In this document: piece by piece, positions 28,601-39,494 of the stretch
How positions within the stretch are numbered: the stretch's first letter is position 1
How the letters are laid out: every line of letters starts with the position of its first letter
DNA from: Eledone cirrhosa
Taxonomy: Eukaryota
Length of the DNA stretch: 64,000 nucleotides
Reading direction: 5' to 3'
NCBI GenBank assembly: GCA_964016885.1
Contig: OZ024742.1
Location: forward strand, 16,802,001-16,866,000
Translations under genes and position numbers: made by a program
The notes under the pieces: generated by a model
What the model saw: only the letters and a program-made list of their open reading frames with translations
Database searches by the model: none
What the model was told of the DNA's origin: nothing

Positions 28601-29136
28601 CGGGACCTATGGACAACTTCCAGAAGTCCCTGGCCTGGCAGTGCTACCGAGGGGCTTTACCCGTTCGAGAAAGGCTCTACAGACACGGGCGCCCGGGTAG
28701 GGAACCCGCCAAAAAGATCTGTCCCAGATGCGTGTGCGACGAGGAAACCGTTGCACACGCATTAGTACACTGCTCGGGCGTAGCCGATCTGTGGGGCTAT
28801 GTCGAACAACTGCTGTCAAGGGTGGGACCGATCCGGTTGACCACCGAGTCTATTGTAATGATCAAGCCGCCTCCCCCCTTCAAAGATGAAGCAGAGGCGG
28901 TGTTTCTGTGCGTAATAGCCATGGCGAAAGAGGTTGTATGGTGGACGCGTCTGAAAGGACTGAGGTCGGGCACCTTTCTCTCTGGCCAACAACTGGTCCG
29001 TTTCTTCCGATATCATTTCGGAAGAAGGATCAGGATGGAGAGAGAGGTGCTGCACCCCAGCCGTTTCTATGAAAGATGGGTGAAAGTGGCGAGAATGGCC
29101 CGTGTGAATGGGCCTTCACTCTACATCAGACTATAG
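25699..29136 (+). CDS. Tx1 ORF2 protein: APE endonuclease + reverse transcriptase + C-terminal zinc finger
   Basis: The frame is open from 25675, with the first ATG at 25699. Motifs: LNARGL, ICE, GDWN, YLDRF, SDH, YWKLN, SPGLDG, NFRPITLLN, LDQSKAFD, RQGCPLS, YADD, CPRC-x-HALVHC. Confidence 0.95.
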   Translation: MAMLRVGCLNARGLGSTWKQAMLLNDLRSQRIDVMVICEARISNVRQLTPTFDDFEMHASLCQPGGGGGVVVLLQKHLGLATQMVHLDPEGRLVVLDLGSGKGGAFRLVAAYGPFGSMRPDFFHRLETFLGTSRSLLLVGDWNGILDARWDYVGACPDREGCNSLKGLIGRFDLADRYRLDFPTAPTWTWANRSGSSRSYLDRFLVRIKDKDFLSCPKMRMVGYSDHKLVTCMVNLDRTHRQGPGYWKLNLSLPASRAYRNRISTLVKERLTGAIVNSRWWVSLKREIRVVSIEFSKVLAADRNRKERELIDRVEEAIRSGDVARVLALRTALSQFFDAKHEGCVVRSKIRALGNEGTKAVSWARVTEANSGTKSTIRSLRDLDGRAILEPKQMCEAFQRHFARLFGRGGEPVGNVDFGPYLDGLPSLSDREAKSCEEPISAAEIEDVLSQCGKRKSPGLDGLPYELYLAMPDLFPDLLEVVYCNWQQNGRIPCTVTKGVVTLVRKDENKGDEISNFRPITLLNTELQILAKVLAKRLALVVGNLVGDAQTCAIPSRSIHDNLHLMRYIIERVGNEPGFGGALINLDQSKAFDRVDHGYLDAVLAAAGFGPVFRGWITAMHSSRICSRVKVNGYLSEPFKIARSIRQGCPLSSLLYVLTLEPLLRKLELLQGIPLEPGLRKAVSAYADDVTVMVSTASEIEAVGTLLEEYEKFTGAKLNRDKSIGLQLGTWRGRPMPSDGVVGRWTEGPVKLLGVWFGPDLQVEKNWAEVTNRVFALTQKWASCKLSLKGRAEVANTYIASVIYYRLTVVPCPRETLTKMERALFQFLWKRRAPMVRRSICCQHPSKGGLGMPWLMMRKHALRLRHLYVFLTGQPVWASFVRRTFPRLVSLTELQSWVKQRPRKLGAWHTECAQALTALWQADPVISGDSTATFYRGLVRSRCDDALGEALDMEEDELASLFGRTFSPGPMDNFQKSLAWQCYRGALPVRERLYRHGRPGREPAKKICPRCVCDEETVAHALVHCSGVADLWGYVEQLLSRVGPIRLTTESIVMIKPPPPFKDEAEAVFLCVIAMAKEVVWWTRLKGLRSGTFLSGQQLVRFFRYHFGRRIRMEREVLHPSRFYERWVKVARMARVNGPSLYIRL

Positions 29137-29400
29137 GTGAGGAAGATGAAAGACCAAGGGAGCACCCCTTCTCTGTGCTCCTGAGGAGAAGGGTTGCACA
29201 CTTTTTTCGGGGGTGTGTGCGACCCCCCAAGGCGCCTCCTCTCTATTGAGGATTTTGTTAAAAATTTTATTTTTTGTTATATCTTATTTTATTTTTATAT
29301 TTTGTTATTGCCTCCTCCTTATTGAGGACGCCTTTTTGTGTAAACTCCCCCCTTTGTACTTGTCCCACTTTTGATGCCCTAGTGGCAAATAAAAGAAATA

Positions 29401-29443
<43 letters not shown>

Positions 29444-29446
29444 ATA

Positions 29447-32437
29447 TGCTGTCCACAAATGTTCATGGTTGCCTATTCAGATGACAAACTAGTGACCTGC
29501 TTAGTCAATCTTGACAGAACCCATAGACAAGCAACCCGGCTACTGGAAGCTGAACTTGTCGTTACCGACATGCAAAGCCGACGGATTAGCACTTTAATTA
29601 AGCAGCACTTGACAGGTGCCAGTGTCAAAAACAGCTGGTGGTACTCTCCCAAGAGGGCAGTTAGATTAGACTCGATAGGTTTTAGTAAAGAGTTAATGTT
29701 AGATAGAAATAAGACCGAAAAGGAACTGGTAGATAAAGTAGAAGAGGCACTTAGGAGTGGCTCTTAGGAATGGCAACGTAGCCAGTTCTTCGACGCAAAG
29801 CATGAAGGCTGCATTGTCAGGAGCAAAATACGTGCTCTGGGAAACGAGGGAACCAAAGCTGTTAGCTGGGCCCGAGTGACGGAGGCGAAAAGTGGCAACA
29901 AGTCCACGATTCGGCCTTTGAAGGACCAAAACGGACGCGTGTACGTGAGCCGAAGCAGATATGCGCGGCCTTTCAGCGGCACTTTGCTCAACTGTTTGGG
30001 CAGAGCGGCGCGCCGGGAGGGGCTATGTATTTCGGTCCATACCTCGACAGCCTGCCGCGACTCTCGGACAGCGAGGCGAAGTTCTGCGAAAAGCCGATTT
30101 CGGCCGCTGAGATAGGGGATGCGCTGCGCCAATGCGGCAAACGCAAACCTCCAGGTCTCGACGGTCTACGCTACGAATTTTACGTAGCAATGCCGGACTT
30201 GTTCTCCGGTCTCCTGGAAGCTGTCTACTGCAACTGGCAGCAGAACGGGAGAATTCCCAGATATGTGACCAAGGGCGTAGTCACGGTAGTTAGGAAGGAC
30301 GAGAATAAGGGGGATGACATAGGCAACTTCCGGCCCATAACTCTGCTCAACACAGAGTTACAGATTTTGGCCAAGGTGTTGGCAAAGAGGCTGGCGCTTG
30401 TCGTAAAACACCTGGTAGAAGCGCAGACATACGCAATCCCGACCAGGTCCATACACGACAACCTCCACCTCATGCGATACATCATAGAGAGGGTAGAGTG
30501 TAAACCCGGCTTCGGTGGGGCTCTGATCAACTTGTATCAGTCTAAGGCTTTCGATAGGGTTGACCATCGTTACCTGGATAAGGTGCTCCAGGCGGCAGTC
30601 TTTGGACCCGTGTTCAGGGGCTGGATTGCTGCAATGCACAGCAGCAACATCTGCTCAACGGTCAAGGTGAACGGCTACCTTTCGGAGCCGTTCCGTATCA
30701 CGCGAGCCACCCGACAGGGATGCCCTCTCTCCTCCCTTCTGTACGTATTGTTTCTCGAGCCACTACTGCGGTAGTTGGAGCTATTGCATGGCATCCCTTT
30801 GGAACCGGGAACGCGAAAAGCGGTGTCGGCCTTCGCCGACGACGTGACAGCAATGGTGTCGATCACCTCGCAAATCGGGGAGGTCGGCACCTTACTGAAG
30901 GAATACGAAAGGTTCACAGGAGCGAAGCTGAACCAGGATAAATCCGTCGGTTTGCAACTCGGAACGTGGAGAGGCAAATCTATGCCTTCCAATGGCGTTG
31001 TCGGACGCTGGACGGAAGGACCGGTAAAGCTGCTCGGGTTCTGGTTTGGTCCGGACCTCCAGGTGGAGAAGAACTGAAACGAGGTGACGGCTAAGGTCTT
31101 TGCACTCACCCAGAAGTGGGCCGAGTGCAAACTAGCCTTGAAAGGTCGAGTGGAGGTGGTGAACACTTTTATAGCGTCCATCATCTACTACCGCTTGACC
31201 GTCGTGCCTTATCCAGCCAAATCGCTCCCCAAAATGGAGCGCGCGTCTTCCAATTCCTTTGGATGAAACGGGCTCCTTTGGTGAGAAGATCCATCTGCTG
31301 CCAACACCCTTCAAACGGAGGGCTGGGGTTCCGTGGCTGACGATGCGCAAATACGCGCTCAGACTGCGGCACCTCCACGTATTCCTTACCGGACAACCGG
31401 TGTAGGCCCCGCTCGTGAGCGAGCCTGCCCACGACTCGTCTCACTGACCGAGCTGCAGTCCTGGGTCAAGCAAAGACCGAGGAAAATGGGCGACTGGCAC
31501 AACGAATGTGCTCAGGCGCTCACAGTCCTCTGGAAAACCGACCCGGCGATCAGTGGAGACTCCACTTCGTCATTCTATAGCTGGTTAGTCCGCTGCATGT
31601 GCGACGACGCGCTCGTAGTAATTTTGGGCGTAGAGGAGGACGAACTGCCCAGTCCGTTCGGTAGGACCTTCCGCCCGGGACCGATGGACAACTTCCAAAT
31701 GTCCCTGGCCTGGCAGTGCTACCGAGGAGCTCTACCAGTTCGAGACACCCTCTACAGACACGGGCGCCCGGGCAGGGACCCTTTGAAAAAGATCTGTCCG
31801 AGATGCGTGCGCGACTAGGAAACCGTTGCGCACGCATTTGTACATGCTCGTGCGTTACCGACCTGTGGGGTTATGTACAACGATTATTGTCGCGTGTGGG
31901 ACCAATCTTGTTGACCACCGAGTCCATTCTCATGATCAAACCGCCACCCTCCTTCAAAAACGAAGGAGAGGCGGTTTTCCTTTGTGTTATTGCTATGGTG
32001 AAAGAGGTTATATGGTGGACGAGGTTAAAAGGGCTGAGGTCAGACACCTTTCTCTCCGGCGAATAACATTCCTTTTTTCAAATATCACTTTGGAGGAAGA
32101 ATCAGGATGGAGAGAGAGGTTCTGTACCCAGTAAATTTTATGAAAGGTGGGTGAATGTGGCCTAGATGGCCCGAGTGGTTGGGCCTTCTCTCTATATAAG
32201 CCTGTAGGTTGAGGAAAAAGAGGAAGAGAAGAAGGGAGTACTCACTCTTGGTGCTCCTTGAGATGAGGGTTGTACATTTTTTCGGGGTGTGTACAACCCC
32301 TGTGTAACGCCTCCCCCCTATTGGGGATTTCAATTGTTATTTGTTATTTTATTAATAGTTTTATTTTCATATACCTGTATGTAAACTCACCATTTGTATT
32401 TGTCCCCTTCTTTTGTGCCCTTGTGGCTAATAAAAAA
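29447..32437 (+). mobile_element. 5'-truncated, decayed Tx1 copy (subfamily C)
   Basis: ORF2 fragments 29459-32066 (FADD) and a 3'UTR ending GTGGCTAATAAAAAAT, followed by degenerate (TATC)n. Confidence 0.9.
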
Positions 32438-32469
32438 TGTATCTATGTATATTTATGTCTGTCTATCTA

Positions 32470-35342
32470 CACTACCACAATCACACACACAACACACCAT
32501 CACCACGCAACATAACCCTCCCACACGCCCCTGATTACGATTCATCACCAGACGAGGCTATTTCTCCATCCACAAGTGAAGTTAAAAAAATTAAAAATAT
32601 ACGGAAATTAAAAAAAAAAAAAAGAGACACCGCAAAGCCACAAATACAACAATCACCAACACGAACACACAACCACCAACACAAACAACAAACACAAACA
32701 TCACCACAATCACCCCCCCCCCCCCCTACCAGCAAAACAAACACCAACACTACTCCAAACACCAATACCCACCATGAAAAGAAAACTACAAAATGAACAA
32801 CAAACCTAAACAACACAACAAAAAAACAAATAACAATACACATACATTAACACAAACAACAAAAACCTAATGGACGTCATCTCGCAAAGTAGAAACTGAG
32901 GGGAAAACTTTTGTCAAAGCAGACTCTCAACCACACCTAAAACTAATAAGGGTTTCGGTAGAAACCTATCAGAAATTGAAAGAACAGTTTTCACAGGACG
33001 TTGGCAACCCCTGCCAAAAACCAATAAACCGTGTCCTGTTGAAATGTTTCCCCACCCCACTCAACACTCCCACCAGAACTGAAATGGAGATTGAACAACC
33101 CGATCTCCACGAAACGAAAAGGTAAGTGCACCTTTTCGTCCTTTTCGCCAACTCTTCTCCACCAACATGGCTGACTTACGAGTTGGAAGCGAGAATGTGC
33201 GTGGCCTACGGATGCCATGGAAACAGGGCCAACTTTTAAACGACCTTAGGTCACACAGTATAGATGTAATAGCCATCACCGTGTCCAGGATACACAACAG
33301 TCAGCAACTAACCCCCATCTTCAATGACTTTGAGATCTACGCATCTCTCTGTCAGCCGGGAGGTGGAGGGTGAGTGACTGTCATGTGTAGGAAAAACCTG
33401 GATCTCGAAGTACAGCAAGTACACTTGGACCCGGAGGGTAGACTGATAGTCTAGACGTGAACAGTATTGGAGGTGGAGCCTTGAGACTGGTGGCCGTTTA
33501 TGCCCCGACCGGGAAATCACAATCGCGGCCAGACTTCTGGCTCCTTGCTTTTAGTGGGGGACTGGAACGGTATCCTAGATGCACGATGGGACTATGTGGG
33601 AGCATGCCCCAGTAGAGTGGGGGGGGGGGGGTGCAACAGCCCCCAAAATCTAATCGGCCAATTCCAACTGGCCGATAGGTATCGACTAGATTTCCCAACT
33701 GCACCACAGTGGACGTGGGCAAACCACAGTGGGACATCTAGATCGTATCTAGATAGGTTTTTCATTGGAGAGAAGGACAAGAAGATGTTAAGCTGTCCAC
33801 AAATGCACATGGTTGACTATTCAGATCACAAACTAGTCGTCTACATAGTCAACCGTGATAGAATACATAGAGAAGGGCCCGGATACTAGATGCTGAACGT
33901 GTCGTTGCCGGCACAAAATCCCTACAGTGAACGGATTAGTTAAGCAAGAGTTGACGGGAGCCAACGTCAACAATAGATGGTGGTATTCTCTCAAGAGAGC
34001 AATTAGAGTAGAATCGATAGGGTTTAGCAGAAGATTAGTTTTAGAGAAAAACAAATCAGAAACAGAACTAGTAGCCAAGGAAGAAGAGGCGCTTAGGAGT
34101 GGCAACGCAGCTAGAGTGCTAGCATCGAGAACGGCACTGGACTACTTCTTCGACGCGAAACACGAAGGCTGCGTGGTCAGAAGTAAATCATGTGCTTTAG
34201 GAAATGAAGGAGCAAAAGCTGTTAGCTGGGCCCGAGTGGCGGAAGCGAAAAGGGGCAACAAGTCCACGATTTGGTCTTTGAAAGACCAAAACAGACGCGT
34301 GCTACTTGACCTCAGGCAAGTGTGCGCGGTCTTTCAGCGGCACTTTGCGCAACTGTTTGAGCAGACCGACGGTGCACCGAACGGGGAAATGGACTTTGGT
34401 TCATACCTCGACGGCCTGCCGCGTCTCTTGAGTATGGACGCCGAGTTGTGCGAAAGACCGATCACAGCCACTGAGATACAGGACGCTTTGTGCTGCTGCG
34501 GGAAACGCAAATCACACGGTCTAGATGGTCTACCCTATGAGTTTTACATAGGCATACCGGACTTGTTCTCTGGCATCCTCGAAGCCGTCTACTGCAATTG
34601 GCAGCAGAACGGGACAATTCCCAGTTCTGCAGGCAAGTGCGTAGTAACGCTGATCAGGAAAGGCGAGAACAAGGGGTTCGAAATAAACAATTTCAGGCCC
34701 ATAACGCTGCTCAACACAGAGTTAAAGATTTTGGCCATGGTGCTAGCAACGAGGCTGGCGCTTGTCGTTGAAAACCTGGTAGGATAACGCAAACGTGTGT
34801 AATCCTGACCAGGGCCATACACGACAACCTCCACATCATGCGATACATCATTCAAAAACGAAAGAGAGGCGGTTTTCCTCTGTACAGTGGCTATGGTGAA
34901 AGAGGTTATAATGTGGACGAGATTGAGAGGATGGAGGACAGATGCCTTTCTCTCCGGACAACTATTGATTCCCTTCTTTTAGTATCACTTTAGAAGGAGA
35001 ATCAGAGTGGAGAGAGAGGCACTGCACCCCAGTAAATTTACTGAAAGGTGGGTGAATGAAGCGAAAATGGCCCGAGTGATTGGGCCTTCTCTGTTTATAA
35101 GCCTGTAGGTTAAATAAGAGAAGAAAAGGAAGAAGGGTGCACTTGCACAACATGCTCCTGAAGTTGAGGGTTGTCCTATCGACGGGGTATTAAACAAGCC
35201 ATTTGGGGCGCCTCCCCTCTATTGGGGATTTCGATTGTTATAATTGTTTGTTTCAATATTTTTACACGACTGTATGTAAAATCCCCGGCATGTATTTGTA
35301 TTGTCCTCTTTTCTTGGGCGCCCTTGTGGCAAATAAAGAAAT
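32470..35342 (+). mobile_element. Decayed Tx1 copy (subfamily D) with an internal deletion near 34852
   Basis: ORF1 tail remnants (..PINRVLLK..ETKR*), APE/RT fragments 33167-34850, then a jump to the ORF2 C-terminus and 3'UTR. Confidence 0.87.
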
Positions 35343-35354
35343 ATATCTATCTAC

Positions 35355-35575
35355 CTACAAAACGTGTTCCTGTTGTTGAGGGTTGTTCTATCCACGGGGT
35401 GTAAAACAACCCTGCAGTAACGTTCCTCCCTATTGGAGATTTCAATTGTTATTTTATTATATATAGTGTATTGTTATTTATTAATGTTAAAGTTATATGA
35501 TTTTATGTAAAACCCCCGCCGTCACGTCTTGTAATGTCCCATTTTTGTACGCCCCTGTGGCAAATAAAGAAAGAT
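35355..35575 (+). mobile_element. Isolated Tx1 3'UTR fragment
   Basis: GAGGGTTGT..ACAACCC hairpin and GTGGCAAATAAAGAAA end, followed by (TATC)n 35575-35680. Confidence 0.75.
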
Positions 35576-36113
35576 ATCTATCTCTCAATCTATCTATCTC
35601 TCAATCTATCTATCTCTCAATCTATCTATCTCTCAATCTATCTATCTATCTATCTATTTATCTATCTATTTATCTTTATCTTTCCTTTCCACGCCCTTCC
35701 TATATGTTTGTGTGTGCGTGTGTGTATGTCTATGTGTATGCATGTGTGTGCATGTGTGTGCGTATGTGCATGTGTGTGTGTGTGTGTGTGTGCGTTCAAA
35801 TGATTTTGTATTTTTACACTATATAATTCATTGTTTTGCTGTGTTTGCCTGTGGGGTGTATAAAGACATAGATATAAAATATAAAACAAACACTATAAAG
35901 TGTTGAACAACTTAGACCGAGTGTATTGATTCGAGTATATTAATTTCTAAATTGTATTTATTTTTTAAATTGATCTGATATAAGGTCTAATGAAATGATA
36001 GAGATCTTCCAGAAGTAGGTTTATTTTACGAGATAATCAACCATTGCACAGTAATAAATGTGACAGCTAGGTAAGATCTGTGTATAATTCACGTTTATAG
36101 AATAATTATATTT

Positions 36114-36114
<1 letters not shown>

Positions 36115-36147
<33 letters not shown>

Positions 36148-36148
36148 G

Positions 36149-36186
<38 letters not shown>

Positions 36187-36240
36187 TATGTGTGTGTGTT
36201 TGTATGTATATATATATATATATATATGTATATGTATATG

Positions 36241-36294
<54 letters not shown>

Positions 36295-36649
36295 TAATTA
36301 TTCTATAGCTAGATAGATAAATAGATAGATAGTGTGTGTGTGCGCGCGTGCGATTGTATGTATAAATCTATAAATATCTGCCTGTACACATATGTTTGCT
36401 AACACATTAAATTGAATTCTAATTTTATTTTTTAATGCGATATTAGCAAAGACCATACATGCATACAAATATATATACAAACATACATACAAACATACAT
36501 ACATACACACATACACACATACATACATAGATAAACACATACATACATGCATACATACAAACATATATATATACATACATATATACAAACATATATACAT
36601 ACATAGACGCCCACATACATACATACATACATACGTATATAAATAAATA

Positions 36650-36697
<48 letters not shown>
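36115..36697. repeat. Compound (CA)n/(TA)n/(TACA)n microsatellite region
   Basis: Read directly from the sequence. Confidence 0.9.
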
Positions 36698-36701
<4 letters not shown>

Positions 36702-36896
36702 AACGAGTAGGACCCCGACGGCTGAGCTCAAGCCGTTTCGACGGCTAATTCTGGACTAAATGCAGAATTAGCCGTCGAAACGGCTTGAGCTCAGCCGTCG
36801 GGGTCCTACTCGTTCCTATTACCCACTGTACTACCCTAATTATTGAGTACTTTGGTGTGTTATGATCCACCTGGTTCCTTACCACATTTCCTTCGT

Positions 36897-36897
<1 letters not shown>
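36697..36897 (+). mobile_element. Short element: 123 bp palindrome plus tail (same family as 9273-9474)
   Basis: 36697-36819 is an inverted repeat with perfect arms and a 9-nt loop. Shared tail, with (TA)n on both sides. Confidence 0.72.
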
Positions 36898-36968
<71 letters not shown>

Positions 36969-37014
36969 CATACATACATACATACATACATACGTACGTA
37001 CGTACGTATATACA

Positions 37015-37770
37015 TAATTGTGACTGTCCATCGAAAATCAATGCACCTTCCTTGAATCAGTACTGCCACAAAGACCATGTTGTACGTGTTCCAGTTCCTG
37101 TAGAATCCAAACCAGGACTCTGGTAAGCTGTTCTCCGGTATTGATTAGAACAGACTTTTAAGGATAACCTTAGATACGATCGATTCCCTTCTTTAAGTAT
37201 CACTTTAGAAGGAGAATAAGAGTGGAGAGAGGCACTGCACCCCAGTAAATTTACTGAAAGGTGGGTGAATGAAGCGAAAATGGCCCGAGTGATTGGTCCT
37301 TCTCTGTTTATAAGCCTGTATGTTGAAGAGGAGAGCAAAAGTAAGAAAGGAACACTTGCACAACACGCTCCTGGAGTTGAGGGTTGTTCTATCGACAACC
37401 CATTTGTGGCGCCTCCCCCCTATTGGGTATTTCGATTGTTGTAATTGTTTGTTTTTATATTTTTTACACGACTGTTTGTAAAATCCCCGGCATGTATTTG
37501 TATTGTCCCCTTTTCTTGTGCGCCCTTGTGGCTAATAAAGAAATAAACCTTAGATACGATCGTTCCAACAACTGACAGAAATTCTAAACACCTACTGTTT
37601 CAACAAACAGATTTTTTTCCTGTGTCTTTGTATAATGTCACAATTTTGACATCTATGGTGAGATATATTCACGTTTCCATACTTCTGTAGTGTAATTGTG
37701 ACGCTCTCGCATGCAGAGGCAACCACCCTCCTTCAAGATCTCTGCTGGAATATTGTCAGGCACTAACTCC
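37015..37770 (-). pseudogene. Ancient RTE-like LINE reverse-transcriptase remnant, interrupted by a Tx1 fragment
   Basis: Minus-strand translation gives PDNIPAEILKEGG, IVTLYKDTGKKSVC, LSVVGTIVSKVIL and PESWFGF..NMVF..IQGRC, which resemble RTE RT motifs. Confidence 0.65.
37183..37545 (+). mobile_element. 5'-truncated Tx1 fragment with a 17-bp target-site duplication
   Basis: Homologous to 34967-35342. AACCTTAGATACGATCG occurs at 37166-37182 and 37546-37562. Confidence 0.9.
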
Positions 37771-38190
37771 AACCAAGGTTGATAGTTCATCAACTTGGAT
37801 TATAATGAGAATTTCACAAAATTCTTCCACAACTGCTTAATCTACAGAGTAAGGATAGTAGTTGAAATGTTCTCGCCAATGTCTACATATACCAAGAAAC
37901 AACTCTCGGGACCATACAGAATTTTATAAAATTGTAAAACCTATATGTACTATTGCATTCATCTAAATAATCTAAGCCTTTGCAATGCATCATTCATTGT
38001 TATGGGCACATAGACATTATAAAAATTGCCAAACAGGGTATATAGAACCAATAATGTATAAAATAATATAAAACAGTCTGGCGACTGTGGAGAAGTTAAG
38101 AGCAAACTGTCCAGATATCGCTATCAATGAACAGAAATAAATACCTATAGTGTGTTAGGTACGTTGAGAATCTATTAAAATGTAAGTAAT

Positions 38191-38375
38191 TGTTTCTACT
38201 TTTGGCACAAGGCCAGCAATTTCTCAGTGTATTACTGGTACTTTATTTTATCGACCAGGTAAGGATGAAAGGCAAAGTTAACCTCGGCGGGATTTGAACA
38301 CAGAATGGCAAGGGCCGTATATCTATGTGTCAAAGCATGGCGTCCGACCCTCTACCGATACTGCCAATTCACCGC
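38191..38375 (-). mobile_element. tRNA-derived SINE with a 17-bp TSD
   Basis: Same family as 9591-9777. ATTAAAATGTAAGTAAT occurs at 38174-38190 and 38376-38392. Confidence 0.88.
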
Positions 38376-38767
38376 ATTAAAATGTAAGTAATGTAACATG
38401 GAGATAATCAATGTATGCAGTCTGGAATTAATAATGTTAACATAAGGCAGGACAAAGAACGACATGGGAAATAACATAAAAAAGACATATCAAGGATTCT
38501 TACAATTTTACACATCGTAAAAAATGTAGCCTTGCTAGTTATCGTACTTCTGAGGGAAGAACCTTTCAATTCAATAATATACCTCACCTTATATACACTC
38601 TCCCCAACTTACAGAACAGTAGAATAACCCACATAACACATATTCTACACAATCACTACTCTATTAAATACTATTTGATAATAGACACCGAGCACTATAA
38701 CACATACTACACGCCACTAACTACACACACATCTCATATTTCATATACTTGTCATACCATACAATAA

Positions 38768-39030
38768 GGAGGCGTGTAGTCTAGTGGTTAGGGTGTTGGA
38801 CTTACGACCATAATGTTGGCGGCTTGATTCCTGGCTTGGGTTGTGTGTTGTGTTCTTGAGCAAGACGCTTCATTTCATTTTGCTCCAGTATACTCAACTA
38901 AATATATGTACCAACAATAGCTGAGGGTTTAACCCTGCGATGGACTGGCGTCTTGTCCAGGGGGAGTCTTGTATTCTCAGTCGCTTCACAGCATGAAACC
39001 GGGATAAGTACCGACCAGACTAGCCTCCTG
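38768..39030 (+). mobile_element. Second tRNA-derived SINE family (MetaSINE-like core)
   Basis: tRNA-like head GGAGGCGTG..CTAGTGGTTAGG, TGTGTTCTTGAGCAAGAC, and AACCCTGCGATGGACTGGCGTC..TCCAGGGGGAG. Confidence 0.65.
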
Positions 39031-39344
39031 GATCAAAATAAACTTTAGATTAGATCTATACAATAATATTTCCGCAGAGGAGACATTCTCAAAGACAATT
39101 ACAAGCCGACATTATAACAGATTAGTTATATCTGACAGCACCATTAACACTGAGATATTACTACAGAAGCAATAGAAGAAATATTAAAGCAAAATCGGGG
39201 AAAAAACATTAAGAACCATACGGTAAAACAAACATAGCATAGAAACATAATACTACACTCCTAAAAGACAATGCTATACACACTCTTGGAAAACGGAAGG
39301 GCATTTGTTGGTGCAGTGGAAGCCAACATGAAATTGTTGAAAAT

Positions 39345-39441
39345 GTGATAATGTTAATAATAATAACAATAATACTAATAAAAACAACAACAATAATAAT
39401 AATTAATAGTAATAGTAATAATGATGATGATGATGATGATG

Positions 39442-39492
<51 letters not shown>
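39345..39492. repeat. (AAT)n/(GAT)n microsatellite at the head of the R4/Dong array
   Basis: Read directly from the sequence. Confidence 0.9.

Positions 39493-39494
<2 letters not shown>

Larger units (their letters stand above)
23676..29399 (+). mobile_element. Full-length, nearly intact Tx1 subfamily A copy 3
   Basis: 5'UTR, 580 aa ORF1, uninterrupted ORF2 and 3'UTR. (TATC)n at 23589-23675 and 29400-29445. Confidence 0.95.

Noticed and set aside
11161-35680. CRISPR-like array or segmental tandem duplication
   Set aside because: The units are LINEs of different subfamilies and truncation points and the spacers are microsatellite. There are no cas genes and the DNA is eukaryotic.
39421-39492. 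Poly-M/poly-I N-termini of ORFs 39421-40317 and 47981-48568
   Set aside because: These come from (GAT)n/(AAT)n target repeats read in frame with 5'-truncated elements.
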